Shown: positions 37,870 to 48,400, counted from the first letter of the stretch. The stretch is DNA of 64,000 nt from Chitinophagaceae bacterium (GCA_947469485.1 CANIPU010000016.1:395-64394); one strand, 5' to 3'. Notes: generated from the sequence alone by a model not told the origin. Program-made: numbers and translations.

Positions 37870-40629
37870 ATGAATAATAAAATTAAAATCTCAATCTTCA
37901 TTTTAATGGCTACGGCCACTGCTACACTTGTAGTTTTTAATTTGAAGAAAGCCGAAAAACATTTTGCTGAGCAAAATGAAATGGAAAATGAATTGCAGGA
38001 GGAAAGAATGGAAATTGCTGGAGCCGCAAATTGGTGGAATACAATGCGTGCAAATCAAATAACGCATAGTATTGATATCATGGATATACAAAATGCGCGA
38101 AAGACTGCCGATGAAAATTTATCAAATGGTGATCGGGCTTTAAGCCTGACATGGGAAGAAATGGGACCTGATAATGTTGGAGGTCGTGCACGCGCTATTC
38201 TTTTCGATAGAGCAAATCCTAATCATGTTTTCGGAGGAGGAGTTAGTGGTGGCTTATGGGAATCTCAAAACCTTGGACAATCATGGACTCGTGTAAATGG
38301 ATTTAATGATGCAGCAATTTGGAATAATCAGAATATTTCTAGCATGGCTCAAACCGCTGATGGGAATATTTATGTAGGAACAGGAGAATATTTTGGGTTT
38401 TTTACAACTTCAGTTGTTGGCGGAGCTACTGGTTTTCCTGGTGATGGAATATGGAAATCAACAGATCATGGCGCAACATGGGCGCATGTAAAAACAAGCG
38501 GTTCAACAAATCCATCTACTTCAACTGCATGGTCTTTTGTTACAAATTTGGCTTCCGGTGGAAATTTGTTTCCAAATAGAATATATGCTTCAATTAAAGC
38601 CGGAGGTTCTACTTCAGGTGTTCAATATTCAGATGATGGAATGACATGGTCTAATTGCACAAATGGTGCATCAGCATTAATAGGTTTAGGCAGCGATGTT
38701 GAGGTTGCTTCAAATGGTTCTGTACACGCAATTGTTGGAAATAAATATTATCATTCTTCAAATGGAGTTAGTGATTTTACAAACACAGGAATTACCGGAT
38801 TGCCATCTTCAGCCTCAGTTAGCAGAATGGCTGTTGCCGTTTCACCTAGTAATCCAAATTATATTTATGTAATAGCAACTTATGGAACATCAACTGGAGA
38901 TTTATTAAAAGGTGTATATAAGTCAACTGATGGCGGATTAATTTTTACACAAATTGCTCCACAGCAATCATCTAACAATAGTGTGAATTGGAGTCCGATA
39001 ACTCAAGGTACATATGCATTGGCATTAGGGGTTTCTCCTTCAGATGAAAATGTGGTTTTTATTGGAGGCTTGGATTGTTATAAATACCAAATGCAAACAA
39101 ATGGTACATATGCATGGAATAAAATTTCAAGATGGACTTACCCACCTTGGTATTCTCTTTATGTTCATGCTGATATTCATTCATTTGTTTTTCATCCTAC
39201 TAACTCTGAGATAATGTATGTTGCTTCAGATGGCGGTTTTAGTATGACCTCAAATGCATCAGCTCCTCAGCCAATTTTTGGTACGCGTAATTTAGGGTTT
39301 AATACAACACAATTTTATTCATGTGATGCAAGAGAATCTTCTGGAATATTTGTCGCCGGCGCACAGGATAATGGAAATTTCAGAGTTGATTTTTCAGGAA
39401 ACACTGTAAAAACAGGAGTGGAAATAAAAGGGGGTGATGGAGGTGATGTGCAGGTTAGTAAAGTAAATCCAAATGCAATTTTTGCAGAATATGTAAATGG
39501 AAGTGTTGAACGCTCTTCGAATAACGGCCAGAGTTTTTTAGGAATGTTTGATGCTCGCATTGATGCAGGTCCAAGTGGAACGCCTGATGGAGAACCAGAT
39601 GCAGGAGCTGCTTTTATTGCTCCAATTTTACTGTACGAAAATGTAACATTAGCAAGTGATATTAATAAATACAGTAAATTCTTTCTTGGTGTTAATGGTG
39701 GGGTCTGGATGACTCAGCAAGCAATGAATTTTTCGGTTACGCCAACATGGTTTAAATTGAGTAAAACAACAATCAGTGGTGTTGTAATTTCATTAGCAAT
39801 TACATCCGATGGAAAATCATTGTTTGCGGGAACTGAAGGAGGTAGCTTGTATCGAATCGATGGATTAGACACTTCTTATGCTTACGATACTTTAGGAGTT
39901 TTTTCACCTGACAGTGTTGGAATTACTACAACATTGATTCATAGTTTTGGAGGAAGATTTATTACAGGTATCACCGTAGATAAAAGCAATTCAAATCATG
40001 TGATAGCTGTCTTGGGTAATTATGGAAATACTGATTATGTGTATGAATCAAATGATGCATTAACTACTTCTGTATTTACCAGTATAACAGGTACGGGGTT
40101 GCCTAAAATGCCTGTTTATTGTTCTGCCATTGATCCTACAGATGCAAACACAATTATTATTGGTACTGAACTTGGCATCTGGGCTACAGAAAATGGAGGC
40201 TCTTCATGGACTGAACAAAATAATACAATGGCAAGAGTTCCGATAACTAAATTGCGTCAATTAGTTGTTGGAAATTATCTTAATGCAATTTATGCAAGTA
40301 CATATGGTAATGGAGTTTGGAGAACATTCAGCAATTCTGATGTTTCAACTCAGGAACCTGAAACTATTAAGTCTGAATTGAAATTATTCCCAAATCCTGC
40401 ATCAGATGAAATTACTTTCATTTCTCAATTAAGTTGGGGAAGCACCAATGTTACAGGAAACTTGATTGACAATAGTGGTAAGTTGGTAAGAACTATTAAT
40501 TATGGTAAAATGCCTGTTGGTATTTATAATCTGAAATTTGGTCTGTTAAATATTGCCAGCGGAAATTATTTGTTTCAGGTTATTTCAGGCAATAATCAAG
40601 CAGTTTCCAAGTTAGTTATTGCTCATTAA
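37870..40629 (+). CDS. BNR/Asp-box (sortilin/VPS10-like beta-propeller) protein with T9SS type A CTD
   Basis: Repeated S-x-D-x-G-x-T-W-like boxes (NLGQSWTRV, STDHGATWAHV, SDDGMTWSNC, STDGGLIF, ENGGSSWTEQ). The C-terminus is LKLFPNPASDEITF...GNYLFQVISG. ATG 37870 is preferred over TTG 37852. Confidence 0.8.
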   Translation: MNNKIKISIFILMATATATLVVFNLKKAEKHFAEQNEMENELQEERMEIAGAANWWNTMRANQITHSIDIMDIQNARKTADENLSNGDRALSLTWEEMGPDNVGGRARAILFDRANPNHVFGGGVSGGLWESQNLGQSWTRVNGFNDAAIWNNQNISSMAQTADGNIYVGTGEYFGFFTTSVVGGATGFPGDGIWKSTDHGATWAHVKTSGSTNPSTSTAWSFVTNLASGGNLFPNRIYASIKAGGSTSGVQYSDDGMTWSNCTNGASALIGLGSDVEVASNGSVHAIVGNKYYHSSNGVSDFTNTGITGLPSSASVSRMAVAVSPSNPNYIYVIATYGTSTGDLLKGVYKSTDGGLIFTQIAPQQSSNNSVNWSPITQGTYALALGVSPSDENVVFIGGLDCYKYQMQTNGTYAWNKISRWTYPPWYSLYVHADIHSFVFHPTNSEIMYVASDGGFSMTSNASAPQPIFGTRNLGFNTTQFYSCDARESSGIFVAGAQDNGNFRVDFSGNTVKTGVEIKGGDGGDVQVSKVNPNAIFAEYVNGSVERSSNNGQSFLGMFDARIDAGPSGTPDGEPDAGAAFIAPILLYENVTLASDINKYSKFFLGVNGGVWMTQQAMNFSVTPTWFKLSKTTISGVVISLAITSDGKSLFAGTEGGSLYRIDGLDTSYAYDTLGVFSPDSVGITTTLIHSFGGRFITGITVDKSNSNHVIAVLGNYGNTDYVYESNDALTTSVFTSITGTGLPKMPVYCSAIDPTDANTIIIGTELGIWATENGGSSWTEQNNTMARVPITKLRQLVVGNYLNAIYASTYGNGVWRTFSNSDVSTQEPETIKSELKLFPNPASDEITFISQLSWGSTNVTGNLIDNSGKLVRTINYGKMPVGIYNLKFGLLNIASGNYLFQVISGNNQAVSKLVIAH

Positions 40630-40646
40630 TATTTGAATTTTTAGAT

Positions 40647-40682
40647 ATCCCCTTTTTTGCATTAGCAGAAAAGGGGATTTTT
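40647..40682 (+). terminator. rho-independent terminator
   Basis: 10-bp stem atcccctttt (40647-40656) pairs with aaaaggggat (40669-40678), then a T-run. Confidence 0.75.
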
Positions 40683-40767
40683 ATTAAACATTGTTGAAAA
40701 GAACGAGTAATAACTATATGGTTTATATTTAGTAAAAACGACAACAAAGATTATTTTTAATCCTTTA

Positions 40768-43053
40768 ATGCATAACACTAGAGCATCATATTATTTCAAA
40801 ATTGCTGTATTTTGTATTTTAAGTATTGTTTTTATACTTAAAAGTAGAAATTCTTATGCTCAATGTGCCGGCCAAGAATCTTATTCATCAAATCCATTAC
40901 CTGATGCATCGAATCAATATGGTACAGATACCACAGTGACATTTTGTTATTCAATGAATGGGTTTTTTCAATTTGGATCAAATTGGGTTGATGGGTTTAT
41001 TATAACATTAGGCAATGGTTGGAATGCCGCATCTTTAACCCCGACTTTATTACCTAATTCTTGTGATGGTGATGGGGTTTGGGGGTTTTATCAAAGTGTA
41101 ACTAGCAGTGGGAATGGAGGAACTTATGGACCAGGATTTTTTTATGATCGATATAATTTCTTTGGATCCCTTGATGGAGACCCTGGGAATGATTATGGAG
41201 ATTATACATTAACAGGAACTTGTCAATGGAATTTATGTTTTTCAGTTTCAGTAAATTCAACATGTGCAAATTCAGATCTTTCTGTAAGTATAACAGCAGT
41301 TGGAGATGGAACCGTTGGGAGTTGGGTAAATAATCAATGTTCAGGAATTCCATTTGTATTAAGTACTGCAACATGCATAGCTTATTGTTCTGGATTTTCT
41401 GTAGATGCAATTGGAACAGATCCAGGATGTGTAGGGAATGATGGAATTGTAACTTCAGTTGTAAATTCTGGAACTGCTCCTTTTAATTATTTGTGGAGTA
41501 ATCCAGGAAGCACAACTTCCATAATAAATAATTTAAGTTCTGGAACTTATATAGTTACTGTTTCCGATCAAAATAATTGTGTTGCGGTTGATTCTGTTTC
41601 TTTGGTTTTGCATCCAACATTTACATTAACTTCTTCAGTTGTTAATGCTGCATGTTTGAGTTATTGCGATGGTTCAATTTCGCTTACTCCTTCGAATATT
41701 GGATTGGCACCATTTGTATACTTTTGGAATAGTAGTTTGCCTTCAGTCCCAAACCCAACAAATTTATGCGCTGGGGCTTATTCTGTTACAGTTACTGATG
41801 CGAATCAATGTACTGCCTATGATACTTTGACAATTACGGAACCGGCTGGGATGAATATTAATATGATTCCTGCAAGTACAACTTGTAATGGAGGTTGCGA
41901 CGGATCTATGACTGCAATTGTATCATTAGGAACACCACCATATAGTTTGATTTGGTTTGATAACTCAACTGATACTTTTGTTTCAGGACTTTGTGCAGGA
42001 CCATATAATGTTTCTGCAAGCGATGCAAATGGATGTACTTTATTAGGAAGCGGGTCGGTAAATCAGCCATCAGCTATTATTATTAATACAAACCCCAGCA
42101 ATGTAAGTTGCTCAGGCCTGTCTGATGGCTGGGTAACATTTACACAACAAAATGCTACTTTGCCTTATTCATTAATCTGGATGCCAGGAGGAATTCCATT
42201 TGATACTTTAAAAAATTTGTATGCTGGTAATTACAGCATTACTCTAACAGATTTTAATGGATGCACAGGAAGCTCAAATGCGATTGTTACAGAACCTTTG
42301 CCACTTTCAGTCACAGTTATTACAACGCCGACTTCATGCCCGCTTGGAACTGATGGAAATGCCAGTGCATTACCATCAGGTGGAACCGCACAATATTTTT
42401 ACAATTGGATAAATCCTTCTGGATTAATAGCTCCAACAATTAACAATTTAACAATCGGATACTATGATGTTATTGTGACTGATTCTCATGGTTGTACCGC
42501 TACTGCTGGGAATACTGTTTTGTCTAATGAATTATTTACTGTCAATGCTTTCGCAGATACAACAATTGTTAATGGAAATGATGCAACTCTGGGTATACAG
42601 TTGTCTCAAAGTGGGAATTATACCTACTCATGGACTCCAATTGAATTTGCAAATTATCCGAATTCATTTGGCACAATAGTTAGCCCTACCTCAACAACAA
42701 CATATACAATTATTGTAATTGAAGATGGGACAGGATGTATCAATTCTGATAGTGTTGTTGTAATTGTTCTTCCAACTACATACATTTTTGTTCCAAATGC
42801 ATTTACCCCTAATAATGATGGGTTTAATGATTTGTTTCAATTAATAAAGGGTGAAATAGTAAACATTAAGGATGTTCAAGTCTTTAATCGCTGGGGGCAA
42901 ATTGTATATAGGGATGTTGAATTAAACTGGGATGGAAACAACAGGGATGGCATTGCATGTAGTTTTGGTGTTTATGCTTTTTATATAGTATATAGTATTA
43001 AGGGGGATGAAACCACCTATAGAAAAGAAGGAAATGTAACTTTGGTTAGATAG
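40768..43053 (+). CDS. SprB-repeat adhesin-like protein with T9SS type B (gliding motility-associated) C-terminal domain
   Basis: Five roughly 70-aa repeats of the pattern C-x-G-x-x-DG-x-(I/V)...G-x-x-P-(F/Y)-x-(Y/L)-x-W...C. The C-terminus FVPNAFTPNNDGFNDLF...FNRWGQIVY is the type B sorting domain signature. Confidence 0.85.
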   Translation: MHNTRASYYFKIAVFCILSIVFILKSRNSYAQCAGQESYSSNPLPDASNQYGTDTTVTFCYSMNGFFQFGSNWVDGFIITLGNGWNAASLTPTLLPNSCDGDGVWGFYQSVTSSGNGGTYGPGFFYDRYNFFGSLDGDPGNDYGDYTLTGTCQWNLCFSVSVNSTCANSDLSVSITAVGDGTVGSWVNNQCSGIPFVLSTATCIAYCSGFSVDAIGTDPGCVGNDGIVTSVVNSGTAPFNYLWSNPGSTTSIINNLSSGTYIVTVSDQNNCVAVDSVSLVLHPTFTLTSSVVNAACLSYCDGSISLTPSNIGLAPFVYFWNSSLPSVPNPTNLCAGAYSVTVTDANQCTAYDTLTITEPAGMNINMIPASTTCNGGCDGSMTAIVSLGTPPYSLIWFDNSTDTFVSGLCAGPYNVSASDANGCTLLGSGSVNQPSAIIINTNPSNVSCSGLSDGWVTFTQQNATLPYSLIWMPGGIPFDTLKNLYAGNYSITLTDFNGCTGSSNAIVTEPLPLSVTVITTPTSCPLGTDGNASALPSGGTAQYFYNWINPSGLIAPTINNLTIGYYDVIVTDSHGCTATAGNTVLSNELFTVNAFADTTIVNGNDATLGIQLSQSGNYTYSWTPIEFANYPNSFGTIVSPTSTTTYTIIVIEDGTGCINSDSVVVIVLPTTYIFVPNAFTPNNDGFNDLFQLIKGEIVNIKDVQVFNRWGQIVYRDVELNWDGNNRDGIACSFGVYAFYIVYSIKGDETTYRKEGNVTLVR

Positions 43054-43116
43054 TTTTTTTCTGTTTAGCATTAGTAATTGAAAATTTTATAAGAACATTA
43101 TTTCATTAAAAAACAC

Positions 43117-44382
43117 CTAAACTTTTATTCCAATTACAAGAACATCATCTACTTGTTCATTAATTCCTTTCCAATTGTTAAAGGAATTTTGCAGAAAGTT
43201 TTTCTGTTCCGGCATAGTTAAATTTTGTATTGAAAGTAAAAGTTCCTTTAACTTACCTGTCATCAGCTTTTTAAAATTTATTCCGCCAAACTGATCGGCA
43301 AATCCATCAGTAAAAATGTATATGGAGTCATTGGCATTTAATTCTAAAATATGATTGGTGTAATCGTTTTGACGACATATCTGTGTTCCTCCAATAGGAA
43401 ATTTATCTGGCTTGATAACTTCCAGCCCATTATCTCTAATTAACCACAAAGGCCTGTTTGCTCCGGCATATTCCAATTTGTTTTGAATAAAATTAAAACA
43501 ACAAATAGATACATCCATTCCGTCATTTGATTCGTTTTCTGTTTGCCTTAATGATTCTATTACTGCTTTATGAAGTTGATCTAAAATTATTGCAGGTTTG
43601 GTTATTCCCTTTTCAATAATAATTCTGTTTAACAGAGAACTGCCAATCATGCTCATGAAAGCACCGGCAACTCCGTGACCTGTGCAATCTGCAGCCACGA
43701 TTATAGAATAATCATCTTTTAGGAAAAAAGCATAAAAGTCGCCACTAACTATATCCTTGGGAAGAAACAAAATGAATGAATCTTTAAATGTTTCTGCAAT
43801 TTTTTTTGTTTCAGGGAGTATTGCTGATTGTATTCGCTGAGCATATACTATGCTATCAGTAATTTCTCTGTTTTTTATTTCAAGTTCTTTTGACTTATTA
43901 TTTAATTCTAATGTGCGTTCGTCAACTAATCGCAATAGTTCCTGTTCTCGCGATTTCAAAATACTAATGGTGTTATTATTTTGTTCTCGTAGCCGCTTGA
44001 TTAATAATGAAATTATTTTGTTATAAATCTCCGGGTGATGTTTCAATAATTTTACAAAAACATCTTTGCTTATGCCGACTACCTCAACTTCATTTAAAGC
44101 AGACACTGACATTGACCTTGGAGCAGAATCAAATAAAAAGAATTCTCCGAAATAGGTGCCAGATTCAACCCTTGCAAGAACATGGTCTCTATCATGAATC
44201 TTAGCGCTTCCATAAACCAGCACAAACATTTTATCGCCGGATTCACCCTTGGTGATTATTGAATCATCTTTCTTGAATGTATGAATAGTTAATTCTGGAA
44301 TAATTTCCATTAACATATCAATAGATACCAAACTGAAAATATCTGTTTGATGAAGAATTGTGGCTAGTTGTTCCGCAGTCAT
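43117..44382 (-). CDS. cyclic-nucleotide-binding domain / PP2C (SpoIIE) protein phosphatase fusion
   Basis: N-terminal CAP_ED domain with phosphate-binding cassette FGEFFLFDSAPRSMSVSA, then a coiled-coil linker. The PP2C motifs are SGDFYAFF, ADCTGHGVAGAF, DGMDVSICCF and FTDGFADQFG. Confidence 0.85.
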   Translation of the reverse strand: MTAEQLATILHQTDIFSLVSIDMLMEIIPELTIHTFKKDDSIITKGESGDKMFVLVYGSAKIHDRDHVLARVESGTYFGEFFLFDSAPRSMSVSALNEVEVVGISKDVFVKLLKHHPEIYNKIISLLIKRLREQNNNTISILKSREQELLRLVDERTLELNNKSKELEIKNREITDSIVYAQRIQSAILPETKKIAETFKDSFILFLPKDIVSGDFYAFFLKDDYSIIVAADCTGHGVAGAFMSMIGSSLLNRIIIEKGITKPAIILDQLHKAVIESLRQTENESNDGMDVSICCFNFIQNKLEYAGANRPLWLIRDNGLEVIKPDKFPIGGTQICRQNDYTNHILELNANDSIYIFTDGFADQFGGINFKKLMTGKLKELLLSIQNLTMPEQKNFLQNSFNNWKGINEQVDDVLVIGIKV

Positions 44383-44403
44383 TTTATTTGCACAATATAT
44401 TTC

Positions 44404-44448
44404 ATGAAGGTTACATTTTTAGTAGCAATAAAAATGTAAAAACTTCAT
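44404..44448. promoter_or_regulatory. imperfect 45-nt palindrome in divergent promoter region
   Basis: The core ttacattttt (44411-44420) is the exact reverse complement of aaaaatgtaa (44430-44439). The outer arms atgaag (44404-44409) and cttcat (44443-44448) are also complementary. Confidence 0.4.
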
Positions 44449-44496
44449 TTGGTAAAATGTATAAATCAATTGTTTATAGATAATAAAGTATTTATT

Positions 44497-44504
44497 TACA
44501 TTTG
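44497..44504 (+). promoter_or_regulatory. candidate Bacteroidota -7 promoter box (TAnnTTTG)
   Basis: TACATTTG lies 20 nt upstream of TTG 44524 and 59 nt upstream of ATG 44563. Confidence 0.3.
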
Positions 44505-44523
44505 AAAAATTAATCGGAATTAT

Positions 44524-45087
44524 TTGAATACAGAAATTGATATCAATACTTTTTATTCAGAAATGAAGAATGAAAATGTTATTCTTTCATATAAAGGTGA
44601 TATTAGTCAGGAATTAATTTCGGCACTTTATCCGATTATTGAAAACAGATTAGAAGAAGAAGTTGACGATCAAAAAAGAAGAAAAAAAATATTTCATGTT
44701 TTAGTTGAATGTCTTCAAAATGTGCTTCACCATATGGAAACATTCAGAAGCAGTGCAGAATTTGAATTAATGAAAGGTAATGTAAGCGGTCAATTTATGA
44801 TGACAAGAAGAGGGGATGGGGGATACAATATTTTTACCGGGAATTTTATTCTCAATAAAAATTTTAATGTACTAAAAGAACGAATAGATAAGGTTAATTC
44901 AATGGATTCCAATGAGCTAAAGGCATTTTATCTCGGAAGCTTAAGTACTTCGGAACTATCTGAAAAAGGGGGCGCTGGTCTTGGAATAATTGACATGGCT
45001 CGTAAATCTGAAAACAAACTGGAATATAAAATTCATCAATTATCTGATGTTTATTCATTTTTTACTCTCGCAGTTAAAATTAATTAA
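44524..45087 (+). CDS. SiaB-like GHKL mini-kinase (anti-sigma-factor-kinase fold)
   Basis: About 187 aa. Motifs are an N-box-like ECLQNVLHH, GDGG, and G2-box GGAGLGIIDMARKS. It is immediately upstream of a DUF1987 gene. The start is either TTG 44524 or ATG 44563. Confidence 0.65.
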   Translation: MNTEIDINTFYSEMKNENVILSYKGDISQELISALYPIIENRLEEEVDDQKRRKKIFHVLVECLQNVLHHMETFRSSAEFELMKGNVSGQFMMTRRGDGGYNIFTGNFILNKNFNVLKERIDKVNSMDSNELKAFYLGSLSTSELSEKGGAGLGIIDMARKSENKLEYKIHQLSDVYSFFTLAVKIN

Positions 45088-45097
45088 TAAATAAAAC

Positions 45098-45478
45098 ATG
45101 GAAGAAAATTTAATTATTGAAGGAACTAATAAAACACCTGTAATTAAGTTTTATTATGAGAATGGGTCTATTGAAATTTCCGGCAAATCAATTCCGGAAA
45201 ATTCAATCGGATTTTATCAGCCGATTTATAGTTGGATAGATAACTATGCCACAAAACCTTCCCCTAAAACTGAAATAAAAATTAATCTTGAATATTTTAA
45301 TACAAGCTCATCGAAATGTTTGTTGGATATATTAAGGAAATTTGAGTCTATTAAAAAAGCCGGCAAAAGCGATATTGAAGTTTTATGGCATTACGAAGCT
45401 GATGATGAAGATATGATGGAAGCAGGAGATGATTATAATTCTCTTGTTGATTTAACTTTCAGACTGATAAAAGTTTAG
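45098..45478 (+). CDS. SiaC-like regulatory phosphoprotein (DUF1987)
   Basis: 126 aa with TPVIKF, ISGKSIPENS, FYQPIYSWIDNY, LEYFNTSSSK and VLWHYEADDEDMMEAGDDY, matching the DUF1987 pattern as I recall it. Confidence 0.7.
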   Translation: MEENLIIEGTNKTPVIKFYYENGSIEISGKSIPENSIGFYQPIYSWIDNYATKPSPKTEIKINLEYFNTSSSKCLLDILRKFESIKKAGKSDIEVLWHYEADDEDMMEAGDDYNSLVDLTFRLIKV

Positions 45479-45483
45479 ACAGT

Positions 45484-48400
45484 TTATCGTTCCAATAATT
45501 TTCTTAAAAGGTCAAAATACAATGTTATATAAAGCGATATGGTCATTATCCATATCATTAATAGGTTAAACCAAAATGTGTCGAGTTCAACCCCAAAAAA
45601 AGATTTTGAGTATGAAAAGAAAGGTGCCGAAAATATTCCTTTCGTTGAAGCATTAAAGAACACAGGTTCAAAACGACGAATGATTTTATTTTCAGCGATA
45701 AGAATTTTTGGAGTACCCATTGTATTCTTTACATATTCTTCGAGCTTTTCATTGTAGTGATTCTCCCTGAATTGCACCATTAACTTATCTTCTCCCATTT
45801 TTTGAACTTGCGCATCAAGCATTTGCTGCTTCGTTCCATCAGCCTGATTGTATAGCTTAATTAAAAATTTATTTGTGCTATCCATATTTTCATAACACAA
45901 TTTGAAAAAATCCGGATTTGAGTTCATCTCCAGATCTGAAATTGACTTAAGTTTTAATTTAGGGTATTCGCTTTGCAAATCAGAAAATTCAGTCTTTATT
46001 AATGATGAAATCAGTTGAATTGAATCCGAAGAAGATTTATGAGTTTTAACAAAAAGTTCTGCGTTTCTTAATTGTGTCTGCATTACTCCCGGCCACCAAT
46101 CTTTTCGATAAGTAGCATTACTCATTTGCTTATCATATTCGAAGAAAGGTTTTTCATAATCGTTGTTTTTAAATTGATCAACCGCTAATGCTTCAAAAGC
46201 CCAGCGAGAAGCCATGATGTTTCCAATAAAAGGAACTTTTGATTGACTACTTACAACAGGACTTAAATCTTCAAATTTTACCATAACTCCACTGAGCATA
46301 ATTTGTGGAATAACCAAAAATGGAATTAATATATAAACTGCAACTCTTGTTTTTAAACCGGAAGAAATATTTAAGCCAAGAACATTGGCAAAACATGAAA
46401 CTGAAAAAAGTACTAACCAATAATCAAAAAATAAATTTGAAACATCAAGAATTAAATTCCCTACTATTAAAAACAATACAGTTTGAATTGCTGAAATAAT
46501 AAACAGGAAAGTAATTTTTGAAAACAAATAACTACTTCTGCTTAATCGTAAAAATGATTCTCGTTTTAATATTTTTTTGTCATGGATTATTTCCTCTGCG
46601 CTAACAATTAGTCCAAGAAACAAAGCAACAATGGCACAGATAAATATGTAGACCGGAATATTGGGGTTAGTTCCAAACCGATATTCTTCACCAGGTGCAT
46701 GAGCGCGAAGTGCAACTGCAAGTATTAAAGCCAGCAATGGCCCTTCAATTAAAGTAATAGCTAAATATTGCTTGTTATTTATTTTGGCAAGAAAATTTCT
46801 TTTGAAATAAACCAGGTATTGTATAAAGGCATTAGAGACTTTAGATACCGGAGTTGATATTTTATTATAAGCTGTTTTTATTCCCTCGGTCTTTTGTACA
46901 AAATGGGCATTAAAAAGTTTATACCATTCACTTGAAGAAATTTTTCTGTCAGCGGTTGATTTGCCAAACTCATCTACTGTTTTTGATTCAATAATTCTGA
47001 AATTTTCTTCCGGGTTAATATTTCCGCATTCAATACACTCACTGTTTTCAAAATCAACATAGTTCATCTGTTGTTTAAAATAGGAGAGGGAATCTATAGG
47101 ATTTCCGTAAAAAACAGGATACCCACCAGTGTCAAGAAGTAATAATTTATCAAATAATTTAAAAATATCAGATGAAGGTTGGTGAATAACAACAAAAACC
47201 AATTTGCCTGAAAGAGAAAGTTGTTTTAATAACTCCATCACATTTTCAGCATCATTTGATGATAATCCTGAAGTTGGTTCGTCAACAAATAATATTTCAG
47301 GTTGTCGGATTAATTCAAGTGCAATATTTAATCTTTTGCGTTGCCCTCCGCTTATAAATTTATTTAGTGGGTCGCCAACAGCAAGGTCTTTTGATTCATA
47401 AAGGCCTAATGAAATAAGACACTCATTTACCTTTTTATTTATTTCCTCATCGCTTAACTTTCCAAAATATAATTTGGCACTGAAAAACAGATTTTGATAT
47501 ACTGTTAATTCTTCAATTAATAAGTCGTCCTGAGGAATGTTCCCAATCCAGGCATGCAAATTATTTTTATCAGAATGTAAATCAGTTCCGTTAATATAAA
47601 TATTTCCTTTTGTTGGTTTTATGCTTCCATTCAACAAAGTGAGCAATGTGGTTTTTCCTGCTCCACTGTTTCCCATAATACTTACCATTGTTCCAGACGA
47701 AGCTGAGAATGTCAGGTCGTACAATCCTATTTTATTGTTCCTGAAAGAATAACCAAGTTCTTTTACATCAAATTGAATTTTATTGGAAATATCTGTTCCA
47801 ATGAATTGATGAAGTATATCATTGTAGAATATAGAATTTATTTTGCTTCCTTTTATTACAGAACCCTGTTCGAAAACATCCACTACACCTACGGCATTTG
47901 GAATGATAGCTCTTCCGTTTAAAAACAGCTGGTCGTTTCCGTTATATCGGAAAACAAAAAAATTGAGTTCTTTAAAAAAGAGAAACAGAATTTCACCTGA
48001 TAAGCTTTCTTTCTGAATATGCAGAGATATATCAGGCGCAAATTCATTTTTATCAATATGTAAAAATGAATTTTCAGTATGATTGAGTTTCGATAAAGCG
48101 ATGCCTGTTAAGAATAAACAGTTGTTGTAATCGTTTTCGTCAATTGAAAATACTTCTGCTACAGTTTTTAAAAACTCAAGGTGTTGTTCATTTATTTCTA
48201 AGGAAGAGGCTTTTACATATTCAAGCAGACGAATTAAAACTATTATCTTTTGTTTTTGATCCAGTTCCTTATTAATGTCTGTACATATTCTTAAAACTTT
48301 TACTGAATTTACAGAAATTCTTTTTCTGTTTTTTCCTTCTTCAGTTTTGCCGCTTAATTGGTCAAGAAAAGTGTCGAATATCAGCAAGTATTGTTGAACG

